A stretch of 63,371 bases of DNA, counting the filler, from Octopus bimaculoides (lineage: Eukaryota): assembly GCF_001194135.2 (NCBI RefSeq). It is 5 parts of 4 records of this genome, joined end to end, with 100 filler letters (N's around TTAATTAATTAA, not from the genome) between each part and the next. Parts side by side here need not be neighbours in the genome. Positions count along the whole stretch, not along the records: positions 5,070 to 24,575 come from NC_068996.1; positions 24,676 to 43,635 come from NC_068988.1; 3 more parts are not named here. One strand, given 5' to 3'. The position numbers and the translations under genes were made by a program. Under the pieces are notes generated by a model. That model was not told the origin of the DNA. It searched no databases and worked only from the letters and a program-made list of their open reading frames with translations. How positions within the stretch are numbered: position 1 is the stretch's first letter; every line of letters starts with the position of its first letter. Below are positions 23,445 to 36,957 of this stretch, piece after piece.

Positions 23445-23861
23445 TGAGGTCCTTGTACATTTTTTATTGTTTTTTCTCTTGCCCATTTATTCTTGGGAGG
23501 GTCATTGTCTTCAATTGATCCAGCTGGATTCCCAAGTGAGGCAAACCAAGATCATGGATGTTGTACAACCATTTTGCTCATGGTCCTTTGGTACTTTGCA
23601 AATGAATAAAAAGAAAAAGAAAAAGAAATCTTGTGCTTTTTATCCTTTTTATCTTGTGCTTCAAGATCTCCCCAGCACACAAATACACAAGAACAGTTGA
23701 CAATAAAAAGGGTTGCCCATCATGAAAGTAGTTATACACAAAAATCAAACGACGTCAACAATAATGCTAAAAGTTGGTTTTGCCTGTAAAACCTGCCCAA
23801 CATTTTTTTGACACATGTCTGTAGTATCAGAGCTGTGAGTTCTAAATTGGAGATGAAGTGG

Positions 23862-23981
23862 CTCTAGCTGGTGTGCCTCTAGCTGGTGTGCCTCTAGCTG
23901 CTGTGCCTCTAGCTGGTGTGCCTCTAGCTGGTGTGCCTCTAGCTGGTGTGCCTCTAGCTGGTGTGCCTCTAGCTGGCGTGT
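23862..23981. repeat. 15-bp minisatellite (CTCTAGCTGGTGTGC) x8
   Basis: Counted directly; two variant units. Confidence 0.95.
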
Positions 23982-24321
23982 CTCTCTGATCTCTGAGCTA
24001 TGCACTCTGTCGAGTAATGTTACGCCAAAGACCCTTCAGAGGAACCCCTCTTTTCAGTTGCTTGTATCCTCGTTTGTATTCTTTTGGTCATCACCCTAAA
24101 TTCATGACCACAGGCAGTGCTGGATTAAAACAACCTTCTGGAACAATAGTCATTTATTGAGATGGAAGGTTGCGGATTATTTTTACTTTATCGAAGAATG
24201 ATGAGCAGAAAAAAGTTCTTTTTATATTTCATGATAGGCAACCAGGGTTGCCAAGTGTGCGAAAAAGAATACATGAGTTACAGAATATATGAATACAAGA
24301 GTTATTCCATTCTGTACCCCT

Positions 24322-24354
<33 letters not shown>

Positions 24355-24358
<4 letters not shown>

Positions 24359-24575
24359 TCATCGTTTAACGTCCGCTTTCCATGCTAGCATGGGTTGGAC
24401 GATTTGACTGAGGACTGGTGAAACCGGATGGCAACACCAGGCTCCAGTCTAATTTGGCAGAGTTTCTACAGCTGGATGCCCTTCCTAACGCCAACCACTC
24501 AGAGAGTGTAGTGGGTGCTTTTACGTGTCACCCGCACGAAAACGGCCACGCTCGGAATGGTGTCTTTTATGTGCC
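24355..24575 (-). mobile_element. Young RTE 3' UTR inserted in (TA)n, cut by scaffold join
   Basis: Reverse complement of 20100-20320 with about 3 mismatches. Confidence 0.9.
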
Positions 24576-24619
24576 NNNNNNNNNNNNNNNNNNNNNNNNN
24601 NNNNNNNNNNNNNNNNNNN

Positions 24620-24631
24620 TTAATTAATTAA
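24620..24631. other. Artificial scaffold-join spacer
   Basis: N44-TTAATTAATTAA-N44. Confidence 0.95.
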
Positions 24632-24698
24632 NNNNNNNNNNNNNNNNNNNNNNNNNNNNNNNNNNNNNNNNNNNNATATATATATTTACATACATACA

Positions 24699-26486
24699 TA
24701 TAAACTGAGCCACAAAAGAAACGTCGTACATATACTGAAAAGGAACCGGCTTAATAGACTGACACAACATTCATTGAAGAGTGCTTATTAAGAAACCGTT
24801 CTTTCCTAATCATAAAGCATTATTTCCTGAAACATGGTTGACGTCACATGGTGTCACCTGATGGCGGAGTGTCCTTGATCCAAAGAGATGGTCTCAATAT
24901 CTCGTGTGACCACCGTTAGCGTTGATTACCGTCAGGCATCTTCTGTACATTGAATGCAACCAAAACGTTTGATGAAGGCCATGGAGATAGCATCGCACAC
25001 TTTGTTATAACTTGCACTGAGTTGTACCGCAGTTGGACGGATGTCATTTAACTTCTTCGGATTTCGTCCCTCAGGTGCTCTATGGTCCGTACTTAGTGCA
25101 GGCCATGGCAGTTTCTGGATGTTGTGCTGTTGGAGGAAGTCTGTTGTCAAACTGGCAGTATGGGCACAGGTGTTGTCGTGTTGGAACTCATGATTCCGAT
25201 GACGAGTAAAGTATGACACAACTTTACTCGATGTCTCAACATTTGGTCGGTGTAGTGAGCAGCAATTATTCCATTGCCCCGGCCTTGGCCGATGTTTTGG
25301 AAGACCACCGGTCTTATGTTCTTGTTTAGTGCAATCCTGCCCCTACTATGATAATCTTTCCTCCCCATGATCCTCTCTCCACCAATACACGGCCATTAGC
25401 CTGATGTTCACCCGTTCTTCTCCAAACCCTAACTCTGCTATCTGCCACAGAAATAGAAGATCGACTCTTGTCAGAGAAGACGACAATCCTCCACTGTTGA
25501 TATCGCCAGTTCTGACGTTTTTNNNNNNNNNNNNNNNNNNNNNNNNNNNNNNNNNNNNNNNNNNNNNNNNNNNNNNNNNNNNNNNNNNNNNNNNNNNNNN
25601 NNNNNNNNNNNNNNNNNNNNNNNNNNNNNNNNNNNNNNNNNNNNNNNNNNNNNNNNNNNNNNNNNNNNNNNNNNNNNNNNNNNNNNNNNNNNNNNNNNNN
25701 NNNNNNNNNNNNNNNNNNNNNNNNNNNNNNNNNNNNNNNNNNNNNNNNNNNNNNNNNNNNNNNNNNNNNNNNNNNNNNNNNNNNNNNNNNNNNNNNNNNN
25801 NNNNNNNNNNNNNNNNNNNNNNNNNNNNNNNNNNNNNNNNNNNNNNNNNNNNNNNNNNNNNNNNNNNNNNNNNATATATATATATATTTATATACACGCA
25901 CACATACCCAGGATTCCATATTTATATGGGGTCCCTATGGTCTGCCTAGCTGATCCTACCGCTCTCCGAAATCGGTCCTGCAGTGCTGTCTGTGCAGGTG
26001 GCGATCTTTGACGTGCTGTTGTAACTCGGTCGGCCACTGCTGTTTGTGGCATTGTATCGTTCCCTCAGCCGGTCAATTGTCCGAATACTGCAGTTCAAGT
26101 TATTAGCAATGACCCATGGACCAACATGGAGACGTCCGATGGCTTGCTCTCTCTGATTTCGTGCCAGTCTTGGCATGCTTGCTACGTTCGGGAAATGAAT
26201 GACAAGCTGGTGAATTTGGGTGCCTTGTATACACAATGAGTTTTGCACGTGCATCATGCTTTTCATAAACATGCGTTCGCGTGCATTACCATGTTCACGA
26301 AAAAGTGAGCGAGTTCGAACCCTACACGCAATCCTTGAGTTTCGAAAAGAAAATGGTACTGTGGGTCAGTGACATCTCCCTGGTGTCAAATTACCTACAA
26401 ATGTGAAAAAATCCATATAATCTCAATATCATATGTGAAACAAATAATCTTTTACAGTGCGACGTTTCTTTGGTAGTTCATTATAT
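24699..26486 (-). mobile_element. Tc1-family DNA transposon, near full length, degenerate
   Basis: MPRLARNQREQAIGRL N-terminus, VVFSDKSR, FQHDN, WPALSTD motifs; imperfect TIRs ending AAAGAAACGTCG at both ends. Confidence 0.88.
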
Positions 26487-27380
26487 AAGGATCAATGTAT
26501 GTATTTTTTTTTGCATATATAAGTGTATATGCGCATGACTATGTGTATATATGTGCATATATGCACATACATATGTATATTTATATGTGTGCGTGAGTAT
26601 TTGTCTGCGAATACATGTTTACACATATACGGATGCAAACAGTTATTTTTATGTAATGTGCAGTATAAAGCACATATAATTAAGCACGAGGATTTGAATA
26701 TAAGTCTTCATTAGATGTGATTGTGCAAGCATGCAAAAATTGAAGTCTGTGTCTGAACTAATATATGCATTTTAATTGGTGGCAGTGTAATATAGAGTTC
26801 AAAACCTTCCGCTGCTATAACTAGGGAGAGAAGTAAGGTGGTGTAGGCTGTTTGCTAAATGATATACCTAATTAGTAAAAATGGTTTCATAGTGACTCAC
26901 ATACATATATACATGCATATATATATATATATATANNNNNNNNNNNNNNNNNNNNNNNNNNNNNNNNNNNNNNNNNNNNNNNNNNNNNNNNNNNNNNNNN
27001 NNNNNNNNNNNNNNNNNNNNNNNNNNNNNNNNNNNNNNNNNNNNNNNNNNNNNNNNNNNNNNNNNNNNNNNNNNNNNNNNNNNNNNNNNNNNNNNNNNNN
27101 NNNNNNNNNNNNNNNNNNNNNNNNNNNNNNNNNNNNNNNNNNNNNNNNNNNNNNNNNNNNNNNNNNNNNNNNNNNNNNNNNNNNNNNNNNNNNNNNNNNN
27201 NNNNNNNNNNNNNNNNNNNNNNNNNNNNNNNNNNNNNNNNNNNNNNNNNNNNNNNNNNNNNNNNNNNNNNNNNNNNNNNNNNNNNNNNNNNNNNNNNNNN
27301 NNNNNNNNNNNNNNNNNNNNNNNNNNNNNNNNNNNNNNNNNNNNNNNNNNNNNNNNNNNNNNNNNNNNNNNNNNNNNNNN

Positions 27381-27412
<32 letters not shown>

Positions 27413-27766
27413 GTTTATGTACAAATATGTAAACACACAATGTTTATATATATATATCGTGTACGTAATTATTTCCATATAAACTTGCGTATAATTATAT
27501 CTAAATACTTATCTCTGTCTTCTCTCCCTGCACGCACAGGCGCGCGCGCACGGACACAAATGCTTGAGAGCTGTACATACACATAAATATTACATGGCCA
27601 TAGGTGAACGTCGTGAATAACGATGTTTAGATGAATTGCTATATAGATTATGTTAATATATGATGTCGATATGAATATGTATAAATAGGCGTGTGCTTAG
27701 TGCGTGTATGTCTGTGTAATATATGTCTGTTTACATAAAAAATATGCATACATATAGACATGCATA

Positions 27767-27816
<50 letters not shown>

Positions 27817-28085
27817 CACCACTCCCACGCCCACCCGCTGACACGTGACCTACTAGTTATGTATATTGGGCTCTTATTCTTAAGGTTTTTGATTCGAAAA
27901 CTAGAAAGAGTGACGTATTGTGTTAGGACTGAACATAAAGTAAAGTAAAAAAAATCGACTTTGAACCAAAATATCTGTTATTTTAAAAGAAAATTATAGA
28001 TTAATTCACAAAAGGTGTTGGTGACCACTTTGTTAAAAAATATTTGCTGCGAAAAATGTAGTGTGTCTTTAACTGATGGAAAAAA

Positions 28086-29010
28086 AATCTGGCAGCGTCT
28101 TCAGTTGCCTTTCTTGGGGATGAATATCTGCAGTAATTGGTTTCACTCTTTTGCTCACTGCTTTGTCTCCCATACCTTCTGGCACTGTTAATGCCTTAAT
28201 AAGCTTTGGCCTTCCATGTTTTAGAGCCTCTGTTGGGATGTTGCCCACTCCTAGGGATTCCCCATCTTTGAGCAAGCGTCCTACTCCTTTGATTTCTGGA
28301 GAATTTGGGGTATCTCCAAGTTCTCTGTTGTTGGAATTGTCTAGAATTTCGCTCCCATGTTTGAATTTGTGATTGTAAAAGACGTCGCAGTACTCAGACA
28401 ATCTTTTGATGACGTCATTCACGTGTGAAGAGCTGGCCTGTTTTGTCCTCAGTGATATCGGCGGTGTGTTTCTTCGTTTTTCTTAGGATTTTGAGGGTGT
28501 CATAAGCAACATTGTGGTTGTCCTTCTTTATCGATTATTTTGCACACTAGTCTTCTATCCATTCCTCTTTGGCTCCCCTCATTTCCTTCCTAACCTTTCT
28601 ATTGTACTGCTAACTTGCACCATAACACGTTAGCTTGGTCTTCCTTAGGTCCTGTCTCCTAGGATAATGAGGACATCTTTATTAGGAGCTGCCTTGGTAA
28701 TTCTCTTCAGGTCCTCATAGATTTCCTCAACGACATCATCTTCATCATATTCAAGCGTTGGCTCATAGACTTGTACGATGCTAATATTCTGTACTCTTGC
28801 AGCCACACGTGTAGTGATTAGCCTGCTGGATACTGGTATGCAGGTTATGGCTGATCTTAATCTGGCTTTGTCAACGATGAAGCCCGTTGCATGTTTATGC
28901 TTGGTGTTATCTTCGCTGTACTACAGTTTGTGGCCTTCATCTGTTATATTACCAACTCCAATCCACCTAACCTAAACCAGCGCAAGGATATACGGAGAAT
29001 ACCAGTTAAA
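28086..29010 (-). mobile_element. RTE LINE, inverted 5' part (AP endonuclease to RT N-terminus), degenerate
   Basis: VRWIG...GFIVD...IVQVYEPT...DVLIILGD (endonuclease) and GVGNIPTEALK...PKKGN*RRCQ (RT start). Confidence 0.85.
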
Positions 29011-29014
29011 TTTG

Positions 29015-29755
29015 TGAGGAAATTCCTTCGTCCTTCCACAACTTCATAGACTTCAAAAAAGGCCTTTGGCCATATTTGGTGTGCTGGGTTGTGGCAGATG
29101 ATGAAGAATTACAACTTCGATAACAACCTTATCGAAGTAATCCAAGCACTGTATGAATACTCGAGTAGTGCAATTCTCCCGCTCCGAACGACGATGGCTG
29201 CTAATCGCTTTCTTGCTTCCTCCCTTCCGACTTTGCTTACTACTCACTGCTACGACTGACTCGACGAACTTATTAGCCGTCGACCGCCGCCTCGGCTGCG
29301 TGCGAAACACACGGACACACACACTCATGGTTGATATCGCCGCCGATAAGACGGCCTTCCGATCGCACCGCCGCTTCGCCGGCTGCGGCCGCCGCCGAAG
29401 CGTCACCCAGCTCTTTGCTCGCATCGGAGAATTCTTCAGAACAACAGCGGGTGTTCGAAAGCGATGTCTCCTCTGCAGTGCTTTTCAACATCTTGTTAGG
29501 GAACATCATGTAGGAGACACTTCAAGACATTTACATCTCTGTTTCCATTGGAGGACGGTTCCTTTCCAACCGGCGCTTTGCTGATGATATTGATCTGTTA
29601 GGAAGCAGTGAAGAGGAACTTACTGGAGCTCACCACTAGGCTGGAAAAAAAGAATCAGGAGCATACGGGATGGAGTCAGCCCAGGAACGAGCAAAATCCT
29701 GGTTAACAGCAACAACCAAAACACAGTAACCGACCTCATGCTAAACGGAGAGAGA
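29015..29755 (+). mobile_element. RTE LINE, forward RT part, interrupted by a GC-rich insert
   Basis: FIDFKKAF...LYEYSSSAIL | insert | IGEFFRTTAGVR...RFADDIDLL. Confidence 0.88.
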
Positions 29756-30039
29756 TGTGTGTTCTGGATTAAGCAACAGAAGACAATTCATCCCTACGCA
29801 CGACATACTAACGTCTCTGCACTTGTCCCTATATTCAAGTAAAATACGTGTTCTGGTTCAATAAAATATGCCAACACTGACGATGATTAATGTTCTTTTA
29901 GAAATATAATACTTCTTCCTATAAAACTGTTACCTCTGTATTTTCGCATTATGTATGTATGTATGTATGTATGTATGTATGTATGTATGTATGTGTGTGT
30001 GTGTGTGTATGTGTGTGTGTGTGTGTATATGTATGTATT

Positions 30040-30760
30040 TATGTTATTATTCCGTTTTATCTCAACATCTCTTGCCTATAGAGAAAAAATCGGTTTCTAA
30101 CCTAGATCTAAGGCTCCTTCATTGGAATTTCAACAACATCAAAAAGTATTTAAGAATGTTTGTATGTATGTATTGTTTTATGTATATATTCTCATGCATA
30201 TAGTTGCATGCCTAGACATGCGCATATATACTTAAATACTAAACTTCTGGAAAGTTTTTATAGATTTTTACAGTTCCATTGGTGGCTTGAACCTGTAATC
30301 TTCGAATCAGCTTTTCCTGTTCTGGTTTTGAGAAGCCTAGATTCTTAAGATTGCAGCTGGGCAGTTTGTTACATATTTCAGTGCCCCGATAATTACAGGT
30401 ATAAACCTGAACTTGAAACCCGGATAAAATAACTGTAGGTTTCTCAATAGTTCAGCATGGGTGTTTTCTTTCTCATGTTGACATCCGCTGTAACTGTACA
30501 TAGTTACCCTTCTCTGTCCCAAGTCACTGATAAACTGAAGTTTTCACTGTGACACTCTACCAGTACTCTCCTATTACGAGTGGCTATGTTGGTTCCTAAC
30601 TCTTTGGCCTCGGGATTATCCTTCCGAAGGATCTCATTATGCCATCTCTTGGCAGCAACACCATGTCTTATCGGTAGATAATAACGTAATGACATAGTTG
30701 GACAACTGATTATGATGTAGGTGATATCTTCAGCTTTAACTCCACAAAGTCTCCACCGGT
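30040..30760 (-). mobile_element. 5'-truncated R4/Dong-like non-LTR retrotransposon (zinc knuckle, restriction-like endonuclease, 3' UTR)
   Basis: RLCGVKAEDITYIIISCP...YYLPIRHGVAA; KENTHAELLRNL...FIPVIIGAL; same family as 39126-40665. Confidence 0.8.
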
Positions 30761-30773
30761 GTATGTATGTATG

Positions 30774-30804
<31 letters not shown>

Positions 30805-31740
30805 TGATTTAGTATTTGATTCTAGTAATATACTGTAACANNNNNNNNNNNNNNNNNNNNNNNNNNNNNNNNNNNNNNNNNNNNNNNNNNNNNNNNNNNN
30901 NNNNNNNNNNNNNNNNNNNNNNNNNNNNNNNNNNNNNNNNNNNNNNNNNNNNNNNNNNNNNNNNNNNNNNNNNNNNNNNNNNNNNNNNNNNNNNNNNNNN
31001 NNNNNNNNNNNNNNNNNNNNNNNNNNNNNNNNNNNNNNNNNNNNNNNNNNNNNNNNNNNNNNNNNNNNNNNNNNNNNNNNNNNNNNNNNNNNNNNNNNNN
31101 NNNNNNNNNNNNNNNNNNNNNNNNNNNNNNNNNNNNNNNNNNNNNNNNNNNNNNNNNNNNNCACACACACATACACATATGTTCAGAGCGAATGAGAGTA
31201 TTTTATTCGCACGCATATGTGCGTATGTGTGTGTGTGTGTGTGCGTGCGTGCGTGTATGTGTGTGTGTATGGAAAAGTTTGACTTGTATCTCACACATAA
31301 ATATAGGCTTGCTTTTTCATATTTCATTAATTATACATCCGTTTACAATTACATACTGGTGTTCACACTTTAACACTATCTCTGGCATTTTTACGCCAAC
31401 ATCTTACAAAGAAGTTCGCATTCACTGAACCCCCCCACCACCACCACCTAGATACACTCATACACACTAGAAAAGCGCATATATGTTAGCACATTGTTAT
31501 TCATATAACTCTATAAAAGACATATATGTTAGCGTGTGTGTACAAGCGTCCGTATGCATACCAAAGCAAGCATTTTTTCCTCTCATATTTCATTGTACAT
31601 GATTTCATTATATGCGTATGTGCTAAGATACATAAATAAATATTAAGATACATTCATACACATACACACGAGCATGCACACATGTATACATACATATATC
31701 AGCTAATTTTCATATGCAGATGTGGTATGTGCGCGCACGC

Positions 31741-31779
<39 letters not shown>

Positions 31780-32554
31780 AAAAACTTAAATACATTGTTA
31801 TGCATATGTATAAATATTGGCTATACATATATGTGTGTGCATGTATATATGTATGTATGCCTTTCTAGCTATTTATGAATATAAAAATGCATGTATATAT
31901 ATATNNNNNNNNNNNNNNNNNNNNNNNNNNNNNNNNNNNNNNNNNNNNNNNNNNNNNNNNNNNNNNNNNNNNNNNNNNNNNNNNNNNNNNNNNNNNNNNN
32001 NNNNNNNNNNNNNNNNNNNNNNNNNNNNNNNNNNNNNNNNNNNNNNNNNNNNNNNNNNNNNNNNNNNNNNNNNNNNNNNNNNNNNNNNNNNNNNNNNNNN
32101 NNNNNNNNNNNNNNNNNNNNNNNNNNNNNNNNNNNNNNNNNNNNNNNNNNNNNNNNNNNNNNNNNNNNNNNNNNNNNNNNNNNNNNNNNNNNNNNNNNNN
32201 NNNNNNNNNNNNNNNNNNNNNNNNNNNNNNNNNNNNNNNNNNNNNNNNNNNNNNNNNNNNNNNNNNNNNNNNNNNNNNNNNNNNNNNNNNNNNNNNNNNN
32301 NNNNNNNNNNNNNNNNNNNNNNNNNNNNNNNNNNNNNNNNNNNNNNNNNNNNNNNNNNNNNNNNNNNNNNNNNNNNNNNNNNNNNNNNNNNNNNNNNNNN
32401 NNNNNNNNNNNNNNNNNNNNNNNNNNNNNNNNNNNNNNNNNNNNNNNNNNNNNNNNNNNNNNNNNNNNNNNNNNNNNNNNNNNNNNNNNNNNNNNNNNNN
32501 NNNNNNNNNNNNNNNNNNNNNNNNNNNNNNNNNNNNNNNNNNNNNNNNNNNNNN

Positions 32555-32597
<43 letters not shown>

Positions 32598-35500
32598 ATA
32601 TACATGCATACATACACACATACATACGTATATGTGTGTGTGTGTATATGTATGTATGCATCGATGTATATACGTATGTGTATGTATCTATGTAGGTATG
32701 TATATATCTGTATGTGTATGTATGCACAGTAGCAGCGGACGCAAGAGTCCTAATTTACCACTATTGCAATAATATGAAGTAATGCTTCCCATAATTGATG
32801 AATTCTATAGAAGATTTAAGGGATAAATAAGGGCTAGTTTTGCGGCAAGGCGAAGGAATGTATGTACAGGTGGGGTTTTGATAGCACCTGACTGTGAATT
32901 GAACCTTGTGTTGTTTAATTACCTTCCTATAGAGCTGGAGATATTGATTTTTTCTGGTAATAAGGTATAAATCCAATTTTATAGATTAAGAGCTATTCAC
33001 TATTTCGCTATATATCTGTTTTGAATCGGCCTCTTTCTATTATTCATAATTATAATGGTGCATTCGCAAAATCGATTGAGCAATGACAACATCTCATGCG
33101 CTATTTTGTTCATTCTTTCAAGTCCTGAGTTCAAGTTTGGCCGGGGTCAAATTTCGCATTCATCGTTGTACTGGGTGGATAAGATATGTATGTCATGTGC
33201 TGGCGTGATTTCTGCCAAATTGTCAGCCTTGTCCCTAATTAAAATTTGAGAAACAGAAGCTGTTGGTTGTATGATTTATCCACACAATATTGGGTCAACT
33301 CAAATATACTGAGTTAAAACCGTTACTTGTAAAACGTAATGTTTATATAGTCGTAGCATTGAGTGTTGGCTACAACGTCTAGAATTTGGTTTATAGTATA
33401 TCGTAACACTGTTAACACGTCAGTGTTTACATTCGTCGTAACAGAGTATTGGTTAAAAGTTTCCGATACAATGACAAATGTATATGTGTATGAATGCGTA
33501 TGAGTATGTGTGTTTGTGTGTGCATGCGTGTTCTTGGTTTGTTGATCCCAAGTGTAACCTGGTTGATTATAATGTCGTTCCATCTTTGCCCATCCCACAT
33601 TTTTGTGGGAATATTTGATGGGGAAGAGATAGAGTTGGGGCTATGTTATTAAATGTGTCATATTAATAGAATTAAGTAGCAAGGGAGATTTGGTGGATAT
33701 TTCTAAAAGTTCGAGAGACTTTATAGAAGTTCCCACTTTATTATTTAAAATCCGGTCATTCATACTCTAGCTTAAATATGGTCAAAAGTGTTCCGTCCAT
33801 GACCATCAAGCATTTTATTCAGACACACAGCATCTAGGATTTCATTGTCAAGTGTTTCTTTTAAAAGGCAAAGCTGTAGTTTAAAGGGATATCTAACTAT
33901 CGTTTCATGGAAATTCATTGACTGCCTATAGAGTACCTCATTGGTCCTCAAAACTTTTCCTGTTTACTAAGGTGATATATCATACATACCAACATCAATC
34001 TCCACCAGAATATATTTAGATTATCTCTAACTTAACAACGATTGCGTTTGAGCTGTCTGTGTAACCCAGCTTCGACTTGTAGTTGATACCAATTTCAATT
34101 GGGTATGTTACTAACATCACAAGGTCCCTTGATTTTTTATACTTGCATTCTCATTGAAGCTGATGAAGATCACAATGAAGTAAGATGTAGGTTACTGAAA
34201 ACAGTAACTCGATTTCAAACCTCGTTAGATGCTGTTTCTCTTTATTGCTGCTGGTAATGCCAGATTATTTCATTCCCCATATCAATATATGAACGGGCTC
34301 TTTCTCAATGTATGGCATTAATATAAACATTAATATAAGAAATATAAAAAATGAAGTATAAACATCAAGAGTGGTCGATGGTAGGAGATTGAAGGGTTTT
34401 ACACAGAATATGTCTTCTCGAAGGTTTTCGTTCTAATCTCACCGAAATTGCCTTAATATCTAACTCTTTTGTGAGTTCAACAAAAATATAATTATCACTT
34501 CGTAGGCAAGACTGATCGAGGAAATCGACAGCTCCCTTCCATAAAATGCTTGATCAAAAGCAAATGTAAGAAATATAAAGATTTGGGTTGCTAATGGTGT
34601 TAGTGCATAACCCCAGGACAACATCTAGTGAGCAGACATTCCAGCCGTCACCATCCTGTCGTTTTCTAGATTAGCCAATATGTCCTTCTACTTCTTAGGA
34701 CAGAACCAAGATTCACAGGAGATATGCCTACTCTGTCCAAAACTTCGAGCAACCTCATGGAAGCTCGTCATTAGTTTCATAATACCTTTAACGATGTAAT
34801 GGGATCCAGAAGGAAGAACTCGCGTCCAGCCCTGTTCTACACATCCCCAATCTTTACACCACAATTATCCCAAGCCAACTCAGTGAGAAGAGAAGTAATT
34901 CTCGCCTTAAATTCTGCTCTATATTTATTTCCTACACACACACACGCGCGCACACACACATACACACACATACACACTCACACACGCACGCACGCAGGCG
35001 CGTTCACACATATAAATATGCATATACATACGACTCGCGTTTATTTGAACATACACTTTCAATTCACCCTGCCACACCCTGCATGGACGTACGCACCCAT
35101 TCCATAAACGCATACAAGCACAAAGGTATGAATATACAAATCCACATGGCTCTCTCTTCTTTCCTTGATCTCTTTCACTTTCTTTTCCCATACATCTATC
35201 TATATACACATAAATAAACATATACACCCATATAGACATTAAAGTGTTTTGAAAATATATGTGGGACAGTGTATAAACATAATTATGTAATACATATATT
35301 TAAATATATTTATAAATCTCTCTCTCCCCTTCTCTCTATTTCTGTATATATGTATATGTGTGTGCGTGTGCGTGTGTGTGTGTATCCAAGCGCATGACAG
35401 ATCGTTTACTTGCAGTTATATATGTGCCCCATGTTTTGTTTCACATAGATCGATCGTTCTAGGACAAATATTCAAAGCTACGTGCAGTGCATAGAAACCA

Positions 35501-36892
35501 CTATTTCTGATTTGCTGCGTTCACTTCAGTCAACGTTCATATGTCTTATGCAACAAGCCTTCAAAATATACACACATTAAAATAGAAATCTTGGTTCTTA
35601 TCAGGTTGAAGGGAACTAACAGTAGGCAGAATTTGATTGAAAGTAACGTGGTCTCTAAAGATGATAAAAACGTGCCACACATTCAGCATTGTCATCAACT
35701 ATTTGACCTACAAGTGAGGACTGAAGATAAAGTTGAATTTAAATCATGACAGTTATCATCCGGATAAAAATCTATAAGCTGACTTAGGTCTCCATTAACC
35801 ATTCTAAAAACATACGACAGGCTTTTGGCTACTTTTCTGAAGAAGAATTATCGAGAATAGTCTTGACGTGGAATAAAGTCTGAGCATTAAATGTGGGCGA
35901 GGTATAAAGAGAAAGAATAAAATCGAGAATGAAAGAGACAGAGACACAAAGAAAACTGATTGTTGATAATAATATAGATATGTATGTATGTATGTAAGTA
36001 TTATATGTGTGTGTGTGTGTGTGTGTGTGCGTGCGTGTGNNNNNNNNNNNNNNNNNNNNNNNNNNNNNNNNNNNNNNNNNNNNNNNNNNNNNNNNNNNNN
36101 NNNNNNNNNNNNNNNNNNNNNNNNNNNNNNNNNNTATATGAAGAGAGAGAGAGAGAGAAAAATAGACGGAGGAATAGATGGAGTGATAGATAAGGAAATA
36201 AATAAGTAGAGAGAGAATAAGAGAGGGAGAGAGGCAATAATAGTTTAAGGGGAAATTCTATTAAATTAAGAAGTTTGTAGAAAAAAGTATATTTCGAGTT
36301 CGTTGACTGGGCATTTCACCCAACCACTCTTGTTAACTGCTAACTTTTCTTTGAATGATGGAAAACAAAATACTTCGAAGTTCTTTGAATTGTTCTTGTA
36401 GCGTCGCCAAATACAAAGACTTTAGATTTACTTGTGCCGAATACCAAACAAGAATGTTTAATATCTTGGAGACATCTTTTTCTTTGATGAACCTGTAACT
36501 ATAACATACCATAGTCTAATAATGTCAGATGTTTCAATAGTGCTGTTCTATTTGTTTGTTGTTCAAAGATATATAATCCCAAAGATATCGATTATACGGT
36601 GCTTTCTTAGAATGAGAAGTTCAAATTCATTATAGGAAGGTCCACATACTGTTATGGGGCAACTATTGTAAATTTCATAACCTCGAGCAATGATGTCGCA
36701 CACTTGGATGTTACAATATCTCAATTTAAGAACATTTCAATAGACAACCATTCGAAGCTTATGGTTAACTTCCCATGACTCAACGTCGACTGTAAAGAAA
36801 GCAAAACAGAAAAAATATTATATAATAGACCATTAGTTGATTCAAAACATTGTCATAGTGGTCATTCTGGAACTGTCTTAAATACTTTAGAA

Positions 36893-36957
<65 letters not shown>

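Noticed and set aside
23745-24005. (LEAHQ)n ORF as a repeat protein
   Set aside because: An open frame is expected from a stop-free 15-mer; no splice or start context
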